Origin: Acidobacteriota bacterium
GTDB lineage: Bacteria; Acidobacteriota; Terriglobia; Versatilivoradales; Versatilivoraceae
DNA length: 64,000 bases
Assembly (NCBI GenBank): GCA_028875575.1
Contig: JAPPDF010000080.1
Location: 93,940-157,939 of the forward strand
Direction: 5' to 3'
The notes below the pieces were generated by a model. That model made no database searches. It saw only the letters and a list, made by a program, of their open reading frames with translations, and was not told the origin of the DNA. The position numbers and the translations under genes were made by a program. Shown here in pieces: positions 29,003 to 37,135 of the stretch (position 1 is its first letter; the number at the start of each line of letters is the position of its first letter).

Positions 29003-29329
29003 TCAGCCCTTGATGCGGTTGACCGTCCATAACACCACAACCGTGGCAACAGCGGCGTTCAGCGCCATGCTGATCTTGCCGACGATGGTGTCCAGATGAC
29101 CGCCAATCCCGGGGATGGCCCCCAGCACGTCTGACCCGGCTGCAGTCGCGGCCGCAACGGCCAGCACCAGGAAGCCCGTGGCATCCTCGGCATCGAGAGC
29201 AGTGGCGGCATACACCACACCCGCGATGACCAGAATGATCCCAAGAACACCTTGATCCTGCAAGTCGGGGGCAAAGGCTTTCACAATTGCCACGACTGCC
29301 ACTACAGCGACGAGAATCCTAGTTAGCAT
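29003..29329 (-). CDS. Small (108 aa) multi-pass membrane protein, function unknown
   Basis: Good SD (GAGGGGAGAAGAAAATG) and a strong terminator. About 4 hydrophobic segments. No SMR-type glutamate in TM1. Lower GC than its neighbours by eye. Confidence 0.65.
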   Translation of the reverse strand: MLTRILVAVVAVVAIVKAFAPDLQDQGVLGIILVIAGVVYAATALDAEDATGFLVLAVAAATAAGSDVLGAIPGIGGHLDTIVGKISMALNAAVATVVVLWTVNRIKG

Positions 29330-29383
29330 TTTCTTCTCCCCTCGTAGTCACAAGTAAAGGTCACCACACACCACCGACTTCCC

Positions 29384-29422
29384 GCAATGAAAACAAGCCC
29401 CCACAAGCAATGGAAACAAGCC
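29384..29422 (-). promoter_or_regulatory. Two 16-nt direct repeats upstream of the small membrane protein gene
   Basis: On the minus strand: GGCTTGTTTCCATTGC (29422-29407) and GGCTTGTTTTCATTGC (29399-29384). There is 1 mismatch and 23 nt start-to-start spacing. They lie about 55-95 nt upstream of the ATG. Confidence 0.4.
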
Positions 29423-29865
29423 GCCATCAAGGGTCTTCAAGTAAATGTTGCGCAGCGTGAGTGGGAGATATATATCAAGGCTTCGTCGATTTGAATAGAA
29501 AAAAATGAAAGAAAAAAACGCCCCCCGGGAAAATGCCTTGACAGTTATGTGGGCCGCCTGCGGGAGATCCCCGAAACACCGCTCCAGGACTGCGATTTCA
29601 GCTATCCTTGATCCCTGCGCGATGGGGGTTGTCACTGGCTTGCACACACGGCTATCTGCCGGAGCGCCTTGACCGGTCGCAAACAAACTTAACACGTAGA
29701 GGTTCCCTAGTCACACAGACGGCCCCAACTCGATGGCCCGCGCCCAAAAAGGTCACGACACAGATGGGGAGAGCTGCGTAAAGAGGCTTGAAGGACGGAG
29801 TGAAAAAGCAGCAGGGTTCAGTGGACTTTCGAAGAGCTCTGACATGACCTGATCCCGCCCCTTGA

Positions 29866-30756
29866 TCAATCCCGGGTGATCGGTCGCAGCAGTTCCTGGT
29901 AGAGATCGGGGCGGCGCTTGCGCAGGGTGAAGTTGGTATTGGCCCGGGCCTTGGCAAAGGATTCGGCCGTCAGGTCGGCCACGGCCATGTCGGCTTCGAT
30001 CTTCCGGGTCTGGGACTCGGCCAGCAGTTTGCCGTCCGGAGCGAAGATCAGCGATCCACCGGCATGGTAGGGCTGGCGCCGGTATTCGGGACGATAGAAC
30101 TCCACCGTCCCCGCCGCGCCGGCCTGGTTGGTGATCACGGCGAAGACTCCGTTCTCGACGGCGCGGAAGCGGTAGAGGCTGAGCTGGTCCTTGGTCCGGC
30201 GGGCGACCGCCTCCTCGGTGTTTTCGGTCCAGGGGCCGCTGCGGCCGGCGCTCGCCATCAGCAGCACTTCAGCCCCCTTGAGGGTCAGGACGCGGGCGAC
30301 CTCGGGGTACATGGCGTCGTAACAGACGATGACGCCCACCTTGCACTTCCCCACGTCGTGCACGGGCAGAGCGCCGCCCCCCACGTACATCAGACCCTCG
30401 TCCTCCGACATGTGGACCTTGCGGGATTTACCCAGGTAGCCGTCGGGGCCGACCAGGACCTGGCAGTTGTAGACCAGGTCCCTCTCCTTTTCGGACATGC
30501 CCACCGCCAGCACCATGCGGAACTCGCGGGCGATCTGCTCCAGCCGGCGCACGCTGGGACCTCCCGGAACCGGCTCTGCAGCCGACCAGCACTCCTCGGC
30601 CATCCAGTGGCCATGGACGGCGAGTTCCGGAAACAGAGCCATCTCCACGCCCTGTTCGGCGGCCTTGCGGGTCCAGCGTTCCACCTCGGCCAGGTTCCGC
30701 TCGGCCTGCCCCAGGTATCCATTCATTTGAATTGCGGCCACTCTGACGGTCTGCAA
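29866..30756 (-). CDS. Carbon-nitrogen hydrolase (nitrilase superfamily amidohydrolase)
   Basis: TTG start 5 nt after GGAAGGAGG. VAAIQMN...FPEL...GKSRKVH...VIVCYD shows the Glu-Lys-Cys triad context of CN hydrolases. Confidence 0.8.
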   Translation of the reverse strand: MQTVRVAAIQMNGYLGQAERNLAEVERWTRKAAEQGVEMALFPELAVHGHWMAEECWSAAEPVPGGPSVRRLEQIAREFRMVLAVGMSEKERDLVYNCQVLVGPDGYLGKSRKVHMSEDEGLMYVGGGALPVHDVGKCKVGVIVCYDAMYPEVARVLTLKGAEVLLMASAGRSGPWTENTEEAVARRTKDQLSLYRFRAVENGVFAVITNQAGAAGTVEFYRPEYRRQPYHAGGSLIFAPDGKLLAESQTRKIEADMAVADLTAESFAKARANTNFTLRKRRPDLYQELLRPITRD

Positions 30757-30800
30757 GGGGTCCTCCTTCCCTTGCCTGGAACACCCATGTTCCAGGCATG

Positions 30801-30956
30801 AGTGGAGAGTGACTAGTGGATAGTGGTTAGTTGTGATTTGATCCGTGCGTCAAGCATCTTGTCGACCTCAGTGCAATGCTCGAGACGTGCATCCAGGTTA
30901 TCAGGCGCTTGCCGGTTACCGAAACCCGCCGCTGACCACTCTTCACTCTCCACCTA
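30801..30956. repeat. Word-array element B1 (heptamer arms)
   Basis: Left arm AGTGGAG AGTGACT AGTGGAT AGTGGTT AGTTGTG (30801-30835). Right arm CCGCTGA CCACTCT TCACTCT CCACCTA (30929-30956). The core shares AGTGCAATG and ATCAGGCGCTTGCC (30900-30913) with B3. Confidence 0.75.
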
Positions 30957-31023
30957 TTTGAAACGCCCCTGTTTCGCTCTGCATGATCCGTCCCTTCGTC
31001 GGGGACGGGGGGCGCCAATCGGG

Positions 31024-33558
31024 CTAAAACCGAATGCTCCAGGTTCCAGACTCCAGGTAGACGTCCAGGGCTACCCCCTTGAGATAGTCATAGCAGAAGT
31101 AGTTGAGGGCGCCCAGGGCGCCCAGGTCGGAGGGGTCCCGGACTGCTCCGGCCCAGTGCTGGATGGCCGACTTCAGCAGGGCCAGGGACTTCTCCAGCCG
31201 GCCGTTGGTCTCGTTCATGGCTTCTTCGTAGGCCGGGGCGTCCTTGCCGGCCAGCGCTTTCCTGGATCGCAGGTAGGACAGCCTGGCCCGGCGCACTTCC
31301 TGCACGGCGGCGATGTAGTCGGTACCGAAATGCAACTGTCCCAGGAGTTGCCGCAGATAGCTCTTCCCCTGGGGGCGGCTCTTCTCCAGTGCCGATTCCA
31401 CCAGCGGGGTCGCCTTGAGATAGTGCGCCCGCAACTCCTCCCATCCCGGGTTGGGACCCGAATCGGAATTCCAGTGCTTGCGCATCATGGTGGTGACCGG
31501 GAAGAGGAATCCCATGGCCACCCGGTCTCCGGTGAGAGTGGCCTCTTCCAGGATGCGGTAGACCTCCAGCATGTCGGAGACGGCCGCTTCCCCGCACACC
31601 TGCCGGACCTGATCCCGATAGACCGATTCGGGGGTGACCCGGGAGGACCAGGAGGCCTGAGCCATGTAGGCCGTTCCCGCCTCCAGCTTGGTGACCAGGA
31701 ACTGCCGCCCGAAGTAGCCGGAAACGTTGTAGCGCTCCATGGCCTGGAAGATGCGGTGGAGCGGCTGGGTGGGCAACTGGGGAAGGATGCCGATGTTGTC
31801 GTCGGCCAGCGTCGCCAGAATCGCCACCTTCATGGGACTGTGCTCGGCAAAGGCCAGCATTTCGGTGCGCTCGGCAGCCAGCGAGGTCAGGTAATCCATG
31901 GGGACCATCAACATGACCCGACCCGGGAAGATCCTGGGCATGACCGGATAGAATTCATCGCTGAAGGTGCTCACCACCACCGTGGCCTCGGGATTGGCCG
32001 TCTCTTTCAGGATTCCGCCCTGGTTGAGCAGCTTGTCGAGCGTGTCGGCGTTGGCGAGGGCACCCTTGAGCTCTTCCACCGGCCGGTCCCCCTTGCGCAC
32101 GCCCACCGGCAGGGTGTTGGCCTTGGCAGACTCCAGCATCCGATCCAGGCTGAACTCCGGTTCCAGACGGTACTTGCGGTCCAGGCGCTCCCACATCTCC
32201 CGGTACTGCTCTCCGCCTCCCGGCAGCTCCGGCTGGGTCAATCCGTAGAAGTCCGCTTCCGGATAGGTGTTGACGTGAGCCCGGATGATGGTCTTGTTCA
32301 ACTCCATGACGGCAGGGTTGTCAGGCGTCATGTAGGGAAACGCCTGCGGATCGACGGCGTATTCCGAGATCCCCAGGCGGGCGTTGCGCGCGCCCTTCAT
32401 CGCCTCCCCGGGGATGTACTTCCGGTCCGACCACTGGGGCAGCTTCCAGTTGAATTCGTTGGTGAACTGGTTGATCCTGAAGTTCAGCCCGGTCTGCATG
32501 CCCCGGCGTCTGGCGTAGGCAAACAGCTCGCGCAGCAGTCCCTGGGCGGCTCGCACCCGATCCCGGTAGGTGGTGGCGCCGGCCAGTTCCGGGTTCACCA
32601 GTTGGCTTCGCCCCTCGAAAAGCTCCCGGCCGATCGTCTCTGCGTGAATCGGCACCCTCCAACCGTAGTGCAAAACCCCGGTGACCTTGGGTTGGTCCCG
32701 CATCTGGTAGTGCACGAAGGGCTGGTGCGGATAGATCTGCGCATACAGCACATTGAACTTCATCTTGGCCAACTGATCGATCAGATGACGGTAGTCCTTC
32801 ATCCCATAGAAGATCAGCGAGGTGGCCAGGTTGTTGATGGCGCGGTAGGAACGAAAGCGGAAGCGGGGCTCCCGAACCAGGTCCAGTTGGCGAGGCGGGA
32901 ACGGCTCCGCAACCTCGGGGAATACGTCTTTTTCCAGCAGGAAACGAACGCCCGAGCGCTCCACCAGCTCGTAGACCGCCCACAGGACCGCCGCCGGACT
33001 GCCTCCCCCCAGGATGAGCAGTTCCCTGTCCCCGGCGCTCACCCGTTTCAGGACGATGCCCTGGTCGCTGACCCGCGGCCAGGTGTAATGGGCCGAGATG
33101 GATTGGAGGGCGGGATTGGTTTGGGGATTTCCCAGGAGGATTCCGAGCCCCGAACCGGCCTCCAGGGAACGGACCAACTCCGACCGGATGCCGTAGAGCT
33201 CTCTCAGATAGCGGACCAGCTCATGGGCGGCAAACACTTCCAGGTCGGGCGCTTCGGGACCCAGGACGATTGAGCAGCGCAGGGACCGATCGCGGGCCGA
33301 AGCCTCCTCAACCGCGGGAACGGCCCAGGCGCTCGCCGGGCTCAGCCAAAGGGCCGCCGCCAGCAGCGCCGGCAACCCAGCCCGCCACCAGCGAAGCACC
33401 GTTCGGAGAGAAATCCAATTCCTCGCTCCGGTTCGGCGCCCGACTCGCCCCCGGCTTACCCATGGAACCTGTTCAGCGATTTCAATGAGCGAGCACCAAG
33501 CCCACGACGGGGCAGCAGCCATGCAGGCGCACCGAGCTAGCCTACGGGCGTAATCCAT
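31024..33558 (-). CDS. Large secreted glycoside-hydrolase-like protein (GH67/GH115/GH20b-like N-terminal domain guess)
   Basis: 844-aa ORF with an SD (GAGGAAAGGA) before the ATG at 33558. An internal signal-like LPALLAAALWLSPASAWA suggests the true start may be further downstream. The N-terminal block ILLGNPQTNP...DQGIVLKRV...LLILGGGSPAAVLWAVYELVERSGVRFL resembles the alpha/beta N-domain of alpha-glucuronidase/hexosaminidase-type enzymes. The C-terminal part is helical. Confidence 0.4.
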   Translation of the reverse strand: MDYARRLARCACMAAAPSWAWCSLIEIAEQVPWVSRGRVGRRTGARNWISLRTVLRWWRAGLPALLAAALWLSPASAWAVPAVEEASARDRSLRCSIVLGPEAPDLEVFAAHELVRYLRELYGIRSELVRSLEAGSGLGILLGNPQTNPALQSISAHYTWPRVSDQGIVLKRVSAGDRELLILGGGSPAAVLWAVYELVERSGVRFLLEKDVFPEVAEPFPPRQLDLVREPRFRFRSYRAINNLATSLIFYGMKDYRHLIDQLAKMKFNVLYAQIYPHQPFVHYQMRDQPKVTGVLHYGWRVPIHAETIGRELFEGRSQLVNPELAGATTYRDRVRAAQGLLRELFAYARRRGMQTGLNFRINQFTNEFNWKLPQWSDRKYIPGEAMKGARNARLGISEYAVDPQAFPYMTPDNPAVMELNKTIIRAHVNTYPEADFYGLTQPELPGGGEQYREMWERLDRKYRLEPEFSLDRMLESAKANTLPVGVRKGDRPVEELKGALANADTLDKLLNQGGILKETANPEATVVVSTFSDEFYPVMPRIFPGRVMLMVPMDYLTSLAAERTEMLAFAEHSPMKVAILATLADDNIGILPQLPTQPLHRIFQAMERYNVSGYFGRQFLVTKLEAGTAYMAQASWSSRVTPESVYRDQVRQVCGEAAVSDMLEVYRILEEATLTGDRVAMGFLFPVTTMMRKHWNSDSGPNPGWEELRAHYLKATPLVESALEKSRPQGKSYLRQLLGQLHFGTDYIAAVQEVRRARLSYLRSRKALAGKDAPAYEEAMNETNGRLEKSLALLKSAIQHWAGAVRDPSDLGALGALNYFCYDYLKGVALDVYLESGTWSIRF

Positions 33559-33564
33559 TGGAAG

Positions 33565-33754
33565 TTCCTTTCCTCGGGCAGTGTCGTGGGTTAGGGGAGA
33601 GCTGCGAAGCTGCGGTCGACGTGGGTTACCCGGCGAAACGCCACCTACAAGACATCCTTATAGAGCAGCGCAGCTGCGGCCTCGTGTAGCCCCGGGCGGC
33701 AGCCCGGGGTCGTATGGGTCCCGCACCAACCTAGCCGCGAATGCGGCGAATAGG
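33565..33754. repeat. REP-like hairpin unit, copy 1
   Basis: CAGTGTCGTGGGTTAGGGGAGAGCTGCGAAGCTGCGG ... GTAGCCCCGGG-CGGCAG-CCCGGGGTCGT ... GCCGCGAATGCGGCG. Compared with copy 2 it contains an internal ~65-nt extra segment that repeats the GAGCAGCGCAGCTGCGGC motif. Confidence 0.7.
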
Positions 33755-33883
33755 AAGCACCCGTTCGGGAACGCATTGCGTTTCCAAAGATACGCCGCCC
33801 CACGTCACGGATACCTGCCGCCGGCGCTTCGCCGCTCCACTCGAACCACCAGGCCTAACCCCAGTAATCCAACAATTCAAGAA

Positions 33884-34009
33884 ATCCCTTCCCTCCGCAG
33901 TGTCGTGGTTTAGGGAAGAGCAGCGAAGCTGCGGCTCAGGGTAGCCCCGGCTGTCAACCCGGGGTCGTCTGAACCCTGCGCTGCCGCCGCCGCGAATGCG
34001 GCGGATTAG
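33884..34009. repeat. REP-like hairpin unit, copy 2
   Basis: CAGTGTCGTGGTTTAGGGAAGAGCAGCGAAGCTGCGGCTCAGGGTAGCCCCGGCTGTCAACCCGGGGTCGT...GCCGCGAATGCGGCGG. Same order of three GC-rich stem-loops as copy 1. Confidence 0.7.
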
Positions 34010-34102
34010 CAGCCGGGTCGCGGAAACCGCTGCCTCCCCAACACCACGCAAGACAGGTACCGCTTCCTGAGGGTGCAGGTCCCCCGCAGCCACCGCTTCC
34101 GA

Positions 34103-34861
34103 CTACGGTTGGCAGGCCCGGCGATAGTCGACCAGTCGTTCCGCCACGAAGCCCTCGAGGTTGACCGACTCGAAGAAGCGGGCGCCCTGGTCGTAGAGCT
34201 GCTTGACGTGCTCTTCGCTCTCGGGCGAGACGCCGACATGGATGCCGTGCCGCCCGCCGACTTCCAGGGCCTTGTCCAGGGCCTGCAGCACCAGGGGATG
34301 GCGGGTCTCGATGGGGTGTCCATAGGCGGTGGACAGATCCCAGGGACCCATGTTGAAGATATCGATGCCGGGAACGGCTGCAATGGCCTCCAGTTGCTCG
34401 ACGGCGGACGGCTCCTCCAGCATGAGCGCCACCAGGACCTCATCGTTGGCCTGATCGAGGTAGGCGCGGGCATCCCCCAGCCCATAGTCGATGGGGCGTC
34501 CGGGCCCGGCGCCGCGCCTTCCCTGCGGGGGGTACTTGCAAAGCGATACCGCCGCCCTGGCGTCCTCGACGCTGGTGATGTGGGGAAAGAGGATGCCGTC
34601 GGCTCCGTGGTCCAGGGCCTGCTTGACCAGGGTCCGCTCCACTCCCGGCACCCGTACGATGGGAGTGGCTCCGGTGGCCCGCACCGCCAGGATCATGGCG
34701 TCCAGGGTGTCGCTGCTGATGGTTCCGTGCTCGGCATCCAGCATGATGCACTCGTACCCTGCCAGACCAGCGATCTCGGCCAGGTTGGGATGCGGGGTTC
34801 GAATGGTGCAGGAAAATACGGCCTTGCCCTCGCGCAGCAAGGCCTTCATTCGGTTTTGCAT
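34103..34861 (-). CDS. HpcH/HpaI family 2-keto-3-deoxy-acid aldolase
   Basis: 252 aa. LDAEHG, PIVRVP and the GADGILFPHI..SVEDA motifs are typical of HpcH/HpaI (RhmA/GarL-type) aldolases. Confidence 0.8.
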   Translation of the reverse strand: MQNRMKALLREGKAVFSCTIRTPHPNLAEIAGLAGYECIMLDAEHGTISSDTLDAMILAVRATGATPIVRVPGVERTLVKQALDHGADGILFPHITSVEDARAAVSLCKYPPQGRRGAGPGRPIDYGLGDARAYLDQANDEVLVALMLEEPSAVEQLEAIAAVPGIDIFNMGPWDLSTAYGHPIETRHPLVLQALDKALEVGGRHGIHVGVSPESEEHVKQLYDQGARFFESVNLEGFVAERLVDYRRACQP

Positions 34862-34881
34862 GAGATCGAAACCCTCCGGTT

Positions 34882-35067
34882 AGTGATCAGTGGCTAGTGG
34901 ATAGTGGTCAGTTGTGGTCAGTGGAGCGATTTGGGGGCATACAAGCGCCTGGTGACCTAGTTGCACGCCTTGAAGGACCACGCCGAGATCAACACGATGC
35001 CAAACGCGTCGATCAAAAAAACTAACCACTAGCCACTAACCACTAGCCACTTGTCGGCTATCCACGC
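34882..35067. repeat. Word-array element B2 (heptamer arms, core inverted relative to B1/B3)
   Basis: Left arm AGTGATC AGTGGCT AGTGGAT AGTGGTC AGTTGTG ... AGTGGAG (34882-34926). Right arm CCACTAG CCACTAA CCACTAG CCACTTG TCGGCTA TCCACGC (35026-35067). The reverse complement of the core aligns with the B3 core (..TTGATCTCGGCG..GTGCAA..GGTCACCAGGCGCTTG..). Confidence 0.75.
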
Positions 35068-35127
35068 CTCCATCCTGTTTCCCCGGGACGGATCATACAG
35101 GGCAAAAAAGGGGCGTTTCCGCACCAC

Positions 35128-37029
35128 TCAATTCAACCCCGCCGGGAACCGGAATCCCTTCACCTTGGTCTGGATGGACCACACCGAGGACTGCCCCACC
35201 ATGTAGAGCACGTCGTAGTTCTCGCCGCCGAAGGTCAGGCTGACGGGAAACTGCGGGCACCAGATGGTTCCCACGTAGTTGCCGTCGGCGTCGAAAATCT
35301 GGGCACCGGAAAGTGTGGCCACGTAAATGCGGCCATCCTTGTCCACTGCCATGCCGTCGGCCTGGGAGTTGAAGCGGTCCTTCACTTCCTCGGCATCCAG
35401 CACGTCCGGTCCCAGGTTCAGCATGGCGAACTTGCGCTTGTTGTCGAGGGAGCCGTCCTCCTGGACGTCGTAGGCCCAGACGAAGTTCTCGCCCGGCTGC
35501 AGCCAGGTGTTGTTCACGTAGAAAGTCTTGCCGTCGGGTGAGATCTCCACTCCGTTGGGCATGGCGTACTCGCCCGCCGGGATCACCACCTTGCTCTTGC
35601 CCTTGGGATCGCGGTAGTAGACCTGGGTCCCCGGCATCTTCTTGGCGTCCGGGATGAACTGGGGATCGGTGACGTAGATGCCGCCTTTCAGATCCATCAC
35701 GATATCGTTGGGACCGTCGATGCGGGTGCCGCCGACCCTGGAGAGCACCGTCCTGAGGATCCTGCCGTTGTGGCGACTCATCTCGATGACTCGATGGCCG
35801 AACATGTCGCAGACCAGCAGATGCCCGCGCCTGGAGGCGATGGTGCCATTGGTCTGCATCCCCTTGGCGATCGCCTTCCATTTGCCGTCGGGCGACATGC
35901 GGATGGTTCGACTCTTGCTGACATCGGCCGACCAGTCGGCTCGGAAGTGCATGTCGGAGAAATAGAGATTCCCCTTCAACCAGGTGGGACCCTCGGTAAA
36001 GACGAATCCCTCGGCCAGCTTGACGGGCTTGACCCCCGGGTCGATGACTTCCCGGTAGAGAGCGTTCTGCTTCTCCGCGTAGGAAATGTAGTCGGGGCGG
36101 ACCGGCCAGAAGATGTCCAGGGCATCGGCTCCGTGCTCTCCCATGTGGCCCGAGTGGACCATCCCGCCCGGCAGCAGGTGCGTGTGCTGCTCCTTGCCGT
36201 TAATGGGATGGCGGGCATCCAGGATGCCCTGCTCCAGCGAACCGCGCAGGGTGACCATCAGCTGATCCTCGGGGTGGATGTGGAGCGGGAAATTGGAGTT
36301 GGGGTCCATGCGAATCCAGCTCAGCATGACGTTCTTCCCCCAGATCAGCCGGGAGAGGGCCGCGCTGCGCTTGTAGGTCTTGTCCTTAACCGGCGGGGTC
36401 AGGCCCGTCCACTGGATCTCGTTGAGGTTGTAGACCTTGTTGGGCTCGATGGACGGAGTCACGCCCTGGTCGGGGAAGGACACCCGGGTGTTCTCGCCGT
36501 GCGCTTTGCCGGCCAGGCTCAAGTGGTCCAGCCGAACCGGAGAGAAGACCTCGATGGCCTTGAGTCCGTTTTCGCCCGCCTTGAGAGAACGCTTGCTGCC
36601 GGGCGTCAGGTAGAGCAGGCTGTCCTTGGCCAACTCGAAGGTTTCCTCCCCGGCCGTAACGGTCGCGGAGCCCTCTTCCACCAGCGTGATCACCTCTTCA
36701 GCCAGCGCCTGCTCGGGATAGCTGCTGCCCGCCTCCATGCTGAGGCGCTCCATCAGAACGCCCTCGCCCCAGGCCACGCTGGCCTGGACGCCTTCGGCGA
36801 TCTGTATCACCGGAAGCTCAGACGAGAGAACGGGCTTGCCCGCCTCCAGGCTGGGCGTAACCTGGGTATGGGGGATGTCCCGCTCCCGTCCCTTGACGTT
36901 GTGCTCCTCGATGACCTCCTGGTTGAGGGCCCGCCACCCGTTTCCGGCGGTGCAGCCGGCAAGGCCGGAAATCAGCACCCCGCAAACCAGCAGAACCAAC
37001 AGTGGTGAATCTCGGTGTACCCGCTTCAT
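35128..37029 (-). CDS. Lipoprotein with two cupin-like domains fused to an SMP-30/gluconolactonase/LRE-like beta-propeller
   Basis: Strong SD AAGGAG. Lipobox ISGLAGC. Cupin-like block FPLHIHPEDQLMVTLRG. The C-terminal ~300 aa carry lactonase-family motifs (FTEGPTW, NGTIA, GPNDIVMD, PNGVEISPDGKTFYV, ADGMAVDKDGRIYVA). Confidence 0.75.
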   Translation of the reverse strand: MKRVHRDSPLLVLLVCGVLISGLAGCTAGNGWRALNQEVIEEHNVKGRERDIPHTQVTPSLEAGKPVLSSELPVIQIAEGVQASVAWGEGVLMERLSMEAGSSYPEQALAEEVITLVEEGSATVTAGEETFELAKDSLLYLTPGSKRSLKAGENGLKAIEVFSPVRLDHLSLAGKAHGENTRVSFPDQGVTPSIEPNKVYNLNEIQWTGLTPPVKDKTYKRSAALSRLIWGKNVMLSWIRMDPNSNFPLHIHPEDQLMVTLRGSLEQGILDARHPINGKEQHTHLLPGGMVHSGHMGEHGADALDIFWPVRPDYISYAEKQNALYREVIDPGVKPVKLAEGFVFTEGPTWLKGNLYFSDMHFRADWSADVSKSRTIRMSPDGKWKAIAKGMQTNGTIASRRGHLLVCDMFGHRVIEMSRHNGRILRTVLSRVGGTRIDGPNDIVMDLKGGIYVTDPQFIPDAKKMPGTQVYYRDPKGKSKVVIPAGEYAMPNGVEISPDGKTFYVNNTWLQPGENFVWAYDVQEDGSLDNKRKFAMLNLGPDVLDAEEVKDRFNSQADGMAVDKDGRIYVATLSGAQIFDADGNYVGTIWCPQFPVSLTFGGENYDVLYMVGQSSVWSIQTKVKGFRFPAGLN

Positions 37030-37135
37030 GGTTAAAACTCCTTATTTGGTCGGAATCGAAGCAACAATCAAACTGGAATTTCCGGGGCGCCCCCTGCATT
37101 CCTGAAACGGAAAGGGGGACCCGGGATGGAACGGT

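Noticed and set aside
29348-29695. 115-aa minus-strand ORF in the low-GC gap
   Set aside because: It has a GTG start without an SD. Its AT-rich codon usage (TTT, ATA, TAT) is unlike every confident gene here. It runs through poly-T tracts and has no recognisable motif. It is kept only as a remote possibility under the gap finding.
30823-33273. 816-aa + strand ORF
   Set aside because: It lies antisense to the 844-aa GH-like gene and starts inside repeat element B1. The sequence is low-complexity and has no SD.
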